Below, piece by piece: positions 57,772 through 64,000 of a stretch of 64,000 nt of DNA. The translations under genes and the position numbers were made by a program. Below the pieces are notes generated by a model. That model was not told where the DNA came from. It ran no database searches and worked only from the letters and a program-made list of their open reading frames with translations. The stretch lies in the IMG/VR virus record IMGVR_UViG_3300028393_000001, positions 1 to 64,000 of that record. One strand, 5' to 3'. Each line of letters begins with the position of its first letter. The stretch's first letter is position 1. The DNA comes from a virus.

Positions 57772-58779
57772 ATGTTTAATCAAAATCAAAAACGCGTTGG
57801 CTTTGCGTGTAAAATTCAAAGCCAAGAATCTACAGATTTAGCCAGTTGTAAGACCAAAGGTACTACAATTACATGGCTAAATAGCCAAACTAAACAAGCA
57901 GCCGCAGAGCGACTGTGGACCTTAATGCAAACTAATATAGCAGCCCTTAGTGCACAAGCAGATTGGGTAGCACAGCAACCACCAGGTTTGCGAATGTTTC
58001 GCCTAAGCAGCGACTTACTAACTGCATACTCTCACGATGACTGGATGTGGTTTTACTTTCAATCAGATGTAGTAGACTTCTTAGAACGGAATCTACTAAA
58101 AATCGGTGATAAGTTCCGTGCAGCAGATGTACGTGTTAGCTTTCATCCAGGTCAGTTCTGTGTCTTAGCATCAGATAATCCAGGTGTAGTTGAAAATTCA
58201 ATTACCGAGTTCGAGTACCATGCCGACCTTATCAGGTACATGGGCTATGGTAAAAAGTTTCAAGACTTTAAATGTAATGTACACATTGGCGGTAAACAAG
58301 GCCCCAAAGGTATTATCTCAGCCCTACAACGACTAACACCCGAGGCCCGTAATTGTTTAACTATTGAGAACGCAGAGTTTACCTGGGGTTTAGATGCCTC
58401 ATTAGAACTAGTAGACCACTGTGCCTTAGTCCTAGACATTCATCACCACTGGATTCATTCAGGAGAGTATATTAACCCAGAGGATAGTCGTGTTAAACGA
58501 ATTCAAGAATCTTGGCGCGGTGTCAGACCAGTTATCCACTATTCAGTTAGTAGGGAGGACGTACTCCCAGATCATTGTGGACGAACACGGCCTGACCTCC
58601 GAGAGCTTAAATCAATGGGATTTACAGCAGCTAAACTCCGAGCACACTCAGAGTTCTACTGGAATCAAGATGTAAATCAGTGGGCTACCACTTTCCTAGA
58701 CCACGCCGACATTATGTGCGAGTCTAAGCAGAAAAATACTGCCTCTGAACAGTTTGCCAAAGAAGTAGGTCATGTATAA
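57772..58779 (+). CDS. uvsE: UV damage endonuclease
   Basis: GFACK, MFRLSSD, SFHPGQF.VL.S, N.H.GG, LTIEN, LD.HHH, HYS, AHS and DIMCE.K.K motifs. Confidence 0.9.
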   Translation: MFNQNQKRVGFACKIQSQESTDLASCKTKGTTITWLNSQTKQAAAERLWTLMQTNIAALSAQADWVAQQPPGLRMFRLSSDLLTAYSHDDWMWFYFQSDVVDFLERNLLKIGDKFRAADVRVSFHPGQFCVLASDNPGVVENSITEFEYHADLIRYMGYGKKFQDFKCNVHIGGKQGPKGIISALQRLTPEARNCLTIENAEFTWGLDASLELVDHCALVLDIHHHWIHSGEYINPEDSRVKRIQESWRGVRPVIHYSVSREDVLPDHCGRTRPDLRELKSMGFTAAKLRAHSEFYWNQDVNQWATTFLDHADIMCESKQKNTASEQFAKEVGHV

Positions 58780-58868
58780 TATACTACAAGTTATAGTGGG
58801 TATTTATTTATTTGAAATACTTACAGCTATAGTAATAGCTATATGGTTTCATTATAGGGGTTATTAGT

Positions 58869-59138
58869 ATGATACACGTATACGCAAGATTAGATAATCC
58901 AGTTGGAGAGCACGACTACCACAATTTGGGTTGCTATAATAAACAGCTTACTAAAAATAAAACACTAGAACTTGAACACAGTTTTTACTTAGGCATACTA
59001 TTTGCCCTAGACTTTCAATTCTATCCTCGCGCAGATCATGGCGGATTACGAATACACTTAGGCCTATTAGGTTACAATGTTGATTTTCAAATTCGCGATA
59101 ACAGGCATTGGGACGGTGATATGAATGACTGGCATTAG
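58869..59138 (+). CDS. Hypothetical protein
   Basis: 89-aa ORF whose end overlaps the 5' end of tRNA-Arg. Confidence 0.55.
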   Translation: MIHVYARLDNPVGEHDYHNLGCYNKQLTKNKTLELEHSFYLGILFALDFQFYPRADHGGLRIHLGLLGYNVDFQIRDNRHWDGDMNDWH

Positions 59139-59203
59139 TATAATGGATAATACAGGGGATTTCTACTCCCTAGATGTGGGTTCGATTCCTGCATGCCGGA
59201 CCA
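59129..59203 (+). tRNA. tRNA-Arg(TCT)
   Basis: Cloverleaf, loop TTTCTAC, T-loop, CCA. Confidence 0.9.
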
Positions 59204-59262
59204 AATTATTAACTTGAATCTCTAGTTAAAATCAGTTATAATAAATCTTTTCGGAGACTACT

Positions 59263-59463
59263 ATGGCAGGATATTCAAGAGAATTTTTAATTGATGCCTT
59301 TGTTAGCCGTTATGAGGTACTTAGTGACGAAGTAGTCGCTAGACAAAGGCAGTTAGCAGAAAAAACATACGATGAAGTTGGTAAAGATAAATTCCGTGTT
59401 CTTGCATCTTTAGATGCAGATGCCATTAAGGAATTTAAAGTTGCAACGGGTCGTAAAGGATAA
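59263..59463 (+). CDS. Hypothetical protein
   Basis: 66 aa with GGAG RBS and an upstream promoter. Confidence 0.6.
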   Translation: MAGYSREFLIDAFVSRYEVLSDEVVARQRQLAEKTYDEVGKDKFRVLASLDADAIKEFKVATGRKG

Positions 59464-59469
59464 TTAGTT

Positions 59470-59558
59470 ATCTAAGATGTGCACCGCGTACCACCTAGCC
59501 CCTTGGCAATATTAATTGCGAAGATTTTAATATATAGGGCGCATCGCACATCTTAGAT
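59470..59558 (+). ncRNA. Putative stem-closed small RNA
   Basis: 13-bp perfect closing helix ATCTAAGATGTGC/GCACATCTTAGAT. Confidence 0.5.
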
Positions 59559-59564
59559 TTATAT

Positions 59565-59653
59565 GGAGACGTGTGCCGAATTGGTTGAAGGCAAGGGACT
59601 GTAAATCCCCCACATAAGAAACGCTGTAGGTTCGAGTCCTACCGGCTCCACCA
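59565..59653 (+). tRNA. tRNA-Tyr(GTA)
   Basis: Loop CTGTAAA, long variable region, CCA. Confidence 0.9.
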
Positions 59654-59698
59654 TTATCTTTGAAAGTATTACTACTAGTAGTAGTTTCAAAAATAATC

Positions 59699-59774
59699 GC
59701 CCCGGTGACGGAATGGTATACGTACTGGTCTTAGAAACCAGGTTCTGGGAGTTCGAGTCTCCCCTAGGGCACCA
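59699..59774 (+). tRNA. tRNA-Leu(TAG), short variable arm
   Basis: Loop CTTAGAA, 5-nt variable region, CCA. Confidence 0.88.
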
Positions 59775-59779
59775 CTTAC

Positions 59780-59856
59780 CCGTGTATAGCGCAGCCTGAT
59801 AGCGCATCTCGTTTGGGACGAGAGGGTCGAAGGTTTGAATCCTTCTATACGGACCA
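59780..59856 (+). tRNA. tRNA-Pro(TGG)
   Basis: Loop TTTGGGA, CCA. Confidence 0.9.
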
Positions 59857-59874
59857 ATAAAAAAAGGAATTACT

Positions 59875-60318
59875 ATGTTAGTAGATAATATGAAAACCCT
59901 TATAGGGTCAACCTTTAGCCTTTACATTAAAGCTGCTAATTTTCATTGGAACATTGAAGGGGAAAATTTTCCTCAATATCATGCTTTCCTAGATAATTAT
60001 TATAATGATGTTTATGGTACAATTGATCAAGTTGCCGAATATATTCGTGCCCTAGATAGTTATACACCAGCAAGTTTAAAGCGTTTTCAAGAGTTAACTT
60101 TTATTCAAGATCAAACTATGCAACAACCCCCTATGGGAATGTTTCAAGAATTGTTCAATGATAATGCAACAATGTTAAAGTTTTTAACTGATACGTTTGA
60201 TGTAGCTACTGCGGAAAGACAGCAAGGAATTGCTAATTTTATTGCTGAAAGAATTGACGCGCATCAGAAACATCAGTGGATGATTCGCAGTATTTTAAAG
60301 AGCGTAGCTTCTCTATAA
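59875..60318 (+). CDS. dps: Dps/ferritin-like DNA protection protein
   Basis: K..NFHWNI.G.NF...H..L...Y......D..AE.IR.L and C-terminal K..WM motifs. Confidence 0.9.
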   Translation: MLVDNMKTLIGSTFSLYIKAANFHWNIEGENFPQYHAFLDNYYNDVYGTIDQVAEYIRALDSYTPASLKRFQELTFIQDQTMQQPPMGMFQELFNDNATMLKFLTDTFDVATAERQQGIANFIAERIDAHQKHQWMIRSILKSVASL

Positions 60319-60329
60319 AAAGCTAAAAC

Positions 60330-60403
60330 GGGCTTATAGTTAAACGGTATAACGGTAGCTTTGCAAGCTTCAATTCGGAGTTCGATTCTCCGTTGGTCCA
60401 CCA
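60330..60403 (+). tRNA. tRNA-Ala(TGC)
   Basis: Loop TTTGCAA, G3:U70 pair, A73, CCA. Confidence 0.85.
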
Positions 60404-60425
60404 CTTACACACACAAGGACATAAT

Positions 60426-60653
60426 ATGTTTTCACTAGATTTTTACATTGACTCTTTTCAATCAACAAAAAGAGCTTTAACCAATCAGGTCTTTACTGAC
60501 CCTAAACTGAACAAGGCTGCAAATAAATTTATTGACGCACAAACTCAGTTTGCAAAAATGCTTGCACAAAATACAGTAGATATGCTAAAGTATTCCGCCG
60601 ACGCTGTTACTAACAAAGCATTTCCAAAGGCGACCAAAAATGACACCGTTTGA
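60426..60653 (+). CDS. Phasin-like small helical protein
   Basis: D..ID..Q..K......F....L......FIDAQT.FAK pattern. AAGGA RBS before ATG 60426. Confidence 0.45.
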   Translation: MFSLDFYIDSFQSTKRALTNQVFTDPKLNKAANKFIDAQTQFAKMLAQNTVDMLKYSADAVTNKAFPKATKNDTV

Positions 60654-60864
60654 AATTCGTGCAGACCTGCTTAAACTAGCAGCAGATCACCTAGAAAAAC
60701 AGTTTACAGCAAATGTAAAGTTTGCAACAGAATATAACAAGGCTATGTTCCAAGCAGGAACTGCTGCTGCTACTGAAGCCTTAGTTAAAATGCCTACATA
60801 CTTTACATCTGAAGATGTAATTAAAAAGGCAACAGAATTTTATAGTTTTGTTCAAACAAAATGA
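60640..60864 (+). CDS. Conserved small phage protein
   Basis: MTPFEIR.DLLK.A...P......V...A...Y.FV motif. Confidence 0.65.
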   Translation: MTPFEIRADLLKLAADHLEKQFTANVKFATEYNKAMFQAGTAAATEALVKMPTYFTSEDVIKKATEFYSFVQTK

Positions 60865-61204
60865 AGTTATTTAAGTGCTTAAAACAATTCTTTGAGCCTA
60901 AAAATCCAATGCAAGATTTCATTGAGCGTCATAATCCTCAATCGGTTTATGATGTAGAACGATTGCAAAAAGAGTACGACAATCTTATATTTAAACTTAA
61001 GTAATATGCCCCTAGTAATTAAAGACCGTAAAGTAGTTTATCAGAAGCCAACTGTGGATGAAATGCCTAAGATTGGTAAATATGTTAGCCTGAATCCAAT
61101 CTTTCAAATGCATCGGGCACACGCTCATATTAGAAATCTATCAGAATCTATGAGTGTACTACAACGTAGTTTAATTCCTGGTGCATTAGAGCAATTAAAA
61201 TAAT

Positions 61205-61280
61205 TCCCTAGTAGCACAGCGGTAGTTGCACTTGACTGTTAATCAAGTTGTCCGTGGTTCGATCCCACGCTGGGGAGCCA
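61205..61280 (+). tRNA. tRNA-Asn(GTT)
   Basis: Loop CTGTTAA, G73, CCA. Confidence 0.92.
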
Positions 61281-61381
61281 TAAAATAGGCCTAAACAGGC
61301 TAGTCCAGGTGCAAGTCCTGGAATTTGTACTTGAATTTTCCTTAAAAATCAATTAAAATAATCCTTTAACTAGGAACACTT

Positions 61382-61846
61382 ATGATTAAACTAAACGACT
61401 TTTTAAACATTACCGAATATGAAACTGGACACCTTGAGGTTGTCCATCAACAAGACGTATATGGCAAAACTGCTATTAGTCTTGAAGTCTATGGCTTTGA
61501 ATTTAATAAACTAATATGCGTATATGATATAGTATCGCAAGAAGTCCTAGAAATCATAGCCAAAGACGATGCTGCTGGTAAAAGTTATGTGTGGCAAACT
61601 TCAGACATTAAAGGTTTAGGCAACTATCGCGACTACCTAATTGAGCTAGAAGCAGAAGAAGATATTTTAGAAAAAGCTGAAGCTATTTTCTTTAATAAGC
61701 CTTATGATTCACGAATAGTTGTTCCTATTGATATTAAAGACGAAGACTTCCTCTTATACGCAAAAGCTGCACATAAACTAGACATTACTATTAATGAGTT
61801 TATGGAACAAGCCATTCAGGAAATGGTAGAAAAATATAAAGGATAA
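61382..61846 (+). CDS. Hypothetical protein, possible C-terminal ribbon-helix-helix-like segment
   Basis: C-terminal V.VPI...D......AK.AH..DITIN.F.E.A. Confidence 0.55.
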   Translation: MIKLNDFLNITEYETGHLEVVHQQDVYGKTAISLEVYGFEFNKLICVYDIVSQEVLEIIAKDDAAGKSYVWQTSDIKGLGNYRDYLIELEAEEDILEKAEAIFFNKPYDSRIVVPIDIKDEDFLLYAKAAHKLDITINEFMEQAIQEMVEKYKG

Positions 61847-62046
61847 CATATGAACGTAAACAGAGTTTCTCTTCAAAAGGAAGAAGTGTACCGCCAGTGG
61901 GAAATTAAAAAGTTAGACAAGCGGCACGAAGAACTTCGAATAGAAGAACAACGTGCTAAGTTAGATCTTATAGACAATGAGCAAGCAAGAGTTGAAATGA
62001 ATCGTCGAATGAATCGTCCAGGACAAAATGTAGATAGGATGGCATA

Positions 62047-62268
62047 ATGGCGAAACCTAAACCAAAACGTAAACCCACGGGGGCTATCGACATTCAGCCA
62101 GAAGGTCCACACGTTCCGGCTATGCCTCCAGTACAAGGAAGTTCAATGATTAGTCCAGTAAGTCCCGTCGAGGCGGGTGGTGGAACGTATAACCGTCCAC
62201 CGCCTAAGCCTCAACCTTCAAAACCAATGAAGACTCCTAAACCTAAACCTCCGATGCCTAAGGCTTAG
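62047..62268 (+). CDS. Pro/Lys-rich disordered small protein
   Basis: Coupled to upstream ORF 61850-62047. Followed by a 33-aa basic ORF at 62270-62371. Confidence 0.5.
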   Translation: MAKPKPKRKPTGAIDIQPEGPHVPAMPPVQGSSMISPVSPVEAGGGTYNRPPPKPQPSKPMKTPKPKPPMPKA

Positions 62269-62371
62269 TATGCCCAGTCCTCGTAGAACCAGTCAGATTT
62301 TAAAGGGGAAGAAGCCGCCTAAGCCCCGAAGCCTAAATGCAATGGCTAAAAGATCGGCGCGCAAAAAATAA

Positions 62372-62458
62372 GGAAGATGTGTTGCAAGGTGCAACAGAGG
62401 CTTGCTAAGCCTTCGTCTAGAAATAGGCCGATAGGTTCGATTCCTATATCTTCCGCCA
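62372..62458 (+). tRNA. tRNA-Ser(GCT)
   Basis: Loop TTGCTAA, long variable arm, G73, CCA. Confidence 0.9.
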
Positions 62459-62461
62459 CTT

Positions 62462-62536
62462 AGCCGTGTAGCTCAGAGGAAGAGCAAACGCTTGATAAGC
62501 GTTAGGTCGACATCTCGGAATTGTCCATGGCTACCA
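62462..62536 (+). tRNA. tRNA-Ile(GAT), atypical T-loop
   Basis: Loop TTGATAA, T-loop CTCGGAA, CCA. Confidence 0.8.
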
Positions 62537-62763
62537 TAATTATCATTAGAAGGATATAATATGAAATACCAAAATTCAATGTGGGGCGATTACAGCCCTA
62601 CTCCAGCGGTTGAACAGATCGGCGTGCAGATAGAAGCAGACAATCAACCTGAGATGGTTGTAACAGCCCAACAAATGGCTACAGACCCCTCGTGTACTAC
62701 AACAGAGGATATGATTGCAGCAATGGGTACAGTACCAGCACGCTCATAAAGCTAATTTTAAGT

Positions 62764-62838
62764 GTCTCTCTAGTGTAATGGCAGCATCACAGATTCCAAA
62801 TCTGTTAGGTCAGGGTTCGAGTCCTTGGGGGGATGCCA
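62764..62838 (+). tRNA. tRNA-Trp(CCA)
   Basis: Loop TTCCAAA, G73, CCA. Confidence 0.88.
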
Positions 62839-62858
62839 ACTTTTTAACAGGATATTTT

Positions 62859-63278
62859 ATGAAAAAATTTATTTCAATTGCCGTTATCTCTTTTGCTGGC
62901 GTTGTTAATGCCGGAGAAATTACAGCCTCCTACTTAACCGATAGCGGACGTGATGGATATGCCATTAGTACACAGGTCAAAGGCGTTACCCTTGGAGCCT
63001 CACACGTTGATCGTGTTTATGACCGCTTCTCAGTAGGTAAATCTTTTGATATTGCTAAAGTCGGACCACTACAACTAGCAGCAGGCGGAAGCGGAGTATA
63101 TCAAAGTACTCTTGCTAAAAATGATAGTGGTTATGGCCTAGCAGCTCAGGTAACAGCAACTGCTGCGGTCAATAAAAACGTTGACGTAGTTGCTGGCGTA
63201 CAGAAGTTCTGGGGACAGGACCGCGTGAGTGCTCAAAATGGTAACTCGGCTACTGTTGGAATTAAAGTTAAGTTTTAA
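62859..63278 (+). CDS. Small outer-membrane beta-barrel protein
   Basis: Signal peptide MKKFISIAVISFAGVVNA, alternating beta-strands and a C-terminal GIKVKF BAM signal. AGGA RBS. Confidence 0.7.
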   Translation: MKKFISIAVISFAGVVNAGEITASYLTDSGRDGYAISTQVKGVTLGASHVDRVYDRFSVGKSFDIAKVGPLQLAAGGSGVYQSTLAKNDSGYGLAAQVTATAAVNKNVDVVAGVQKFWGQDRVSAQNGNSATVGIKVKF

Positions 63279-63281
63279 TTT

Positions 63282-63378
63282 AAATACACTACTTGCCACT
63301 TAATAAATATATGCGGAGACGTTCCGGACTGTGTCATTCCGCGGGTAACTGGGAGCACCCAGCATAGGTAGTGTGTTT
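63282..63378 (+). ncRNA. Putative stem-closed small RNA
   Basis: 13-bp closing helix AAATACACTACTT/AGGTAGTGTGTTT with a GC-rich structured interior. Confidence 0.5.
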
Positions 63379-63389
63379 TTTATTTTATA

Positions 63390-63678
63390 GTTGTATGAAG
63401 TAGACAGAAAAGTGTCTTGGACGGGGGTGCGAATCCCCCCAGGTCCACCAGAAGTATATTCGACCTCACACGCGGAGAGGTGAAATATAACAGAATATAC
63501 TTCTGATGGGCCTGCATAGTTTCGACAGGGCAAAGAGTAGGAAAATGGACAACTCGGTAGGCGATGACCGTTAATCAAGCAAAACAAGTAAACGCAAACG
63601 ACTCACAGTTCGCATTAGCAGCCTAAACACTGCTTAGGGTTTTGATAAGTTTTCCTCGTAACAGAATAAACTTATCTC
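63390..63678 (+). ncRNA. ssrA: Circularly permuted (two-piece) tmRNA
   Basis: Acceptor piece ending T-arm-CAGGTCC-A-CCA (63450), intervening hairpin, coding piece starting GGGCCTG (63508), G3:U70, tag ANDSQFALAA* (63594-63626). Confidence 0.9.
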
Positions 63679-63684
63679 AAATAC

Positions 63685-63760
63685 CGCAGAGTATGGAAGT
63701 GGTCATCCGTCTGGTCTCATAAGCCTGAAATCGTTGGTTCGAATCCAACCTCTGCATCCA
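63685..63760 (+). tRNA. tRNA-Met(CAT), initiator-like
   Basis: Loop CTCATAA, C1:A72 mismatch, CCA. Confidence 0.88.
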
Positions 63761-63778
63761 ATACGAAAGGAAAATTGT

Positions 63779-64000
63779 ATGAAATTAAAATCTACTCCAG
63801 GTGCAATGGCAAATGCCAAGATACCTACATCCGTAAGCTACGGAGCAGATGCCCCCTCCTTAGATGCTGATATGGGTGTAGAGGATATTAGTCCTACAGG
63901 TACTGATATGGATGATATTCCACCAGGCAGTTTTGAGTTATTGACTCCAACAGTTAATAATATTAAAATTACACACGAAGGTGATATGGGACGACTAAGT
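63779..64000 (+). CDS. Hypothetical protein, partial
   Basis: AAGGA RBS, ATG 63779, open to the window end. Confidence 0.55.
   Translation, partial: MKLKSTPGAMANAKIPTSVSYGADAPSLDADMGVEDISPTGTDMDDIPPGSFELLTPTVNNIKITHEGDMGRLS

Noticed and set aside
60330-60403. tRNA-Cys(GCA) reading
   Set aside because: The stem register places TGC at 34-36, and G3:U70 with A73 indicates Ala.
61286-61322. T-arm-like hairpin CCAGG-TGCAAGT-CCTGG after tRNA-Asn
   Set aside because: No acceptor stem or D-arm, so at most a tRNA remnant.
59559-63587. ORFs 59559-59807, 63300-63587 and the 5' extensions of 60393 and 62715
   Set aside because: They overlap tRNA or tmRNA genes. True starts with RBS lie at 60426 and 62859.
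1-64000. Alternative genetic code or prophage context
   Set aside because: Long conserved genes read through intact in the standard code, no suppressor tRNA was found, and there is no integrase or host-like flank in the window.

Overview
A contiguous 64-kb piece of a lytic T5-like siphophage (Demerecviridae-like gene order). The host is probably an aquatic Betaproteobacterium, inferred from the FdhD/ErpA-type genes. 1-30.2 kb, minus strand: the late structural module (tail fibres, tape measure, tail chaperones with a -1 frameshift, tail tube, head completion, fused protease-capsid, portal, nicking HNH, TerL, TerS). A PlcP-type phosphoesterase, glycosyltransferase and ATP-grasp-like cassette sits between terS and terL. 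30.4-38.8 kb: a region in the position of the T5 terminal repeat/first-step-transfer DNA. It is built from small promoter-gene-terminator cassettes separated by a recurring ~80-bp element (21-bp palindrome plus a leftward sigma70 promoter with no ORF behind it). It carries three A2/D3-like DNA-binding paralogs and ends in a ~710-nt ORF-less, highly structured transcription unit. 38.8-54.4 kb, minus strand: early genes (thyX, fdhD, iscU, erpA/iscA, metallophosphoesterase, glycosyltransferase, cell-wall hydrolase, many small ORFs). 54.5-64 kb, plus strand: an RNA-rich region with 11 tRNAs, a circularly permuted tmRNA, a canonical hammerhead ribozyme, a series of stem-closed non-tRNA small RNAs, and uvsE, dps and an outer-membrane beta-barrel gene. 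All protein family calls come from motif recognition and synteny, not from database searches.
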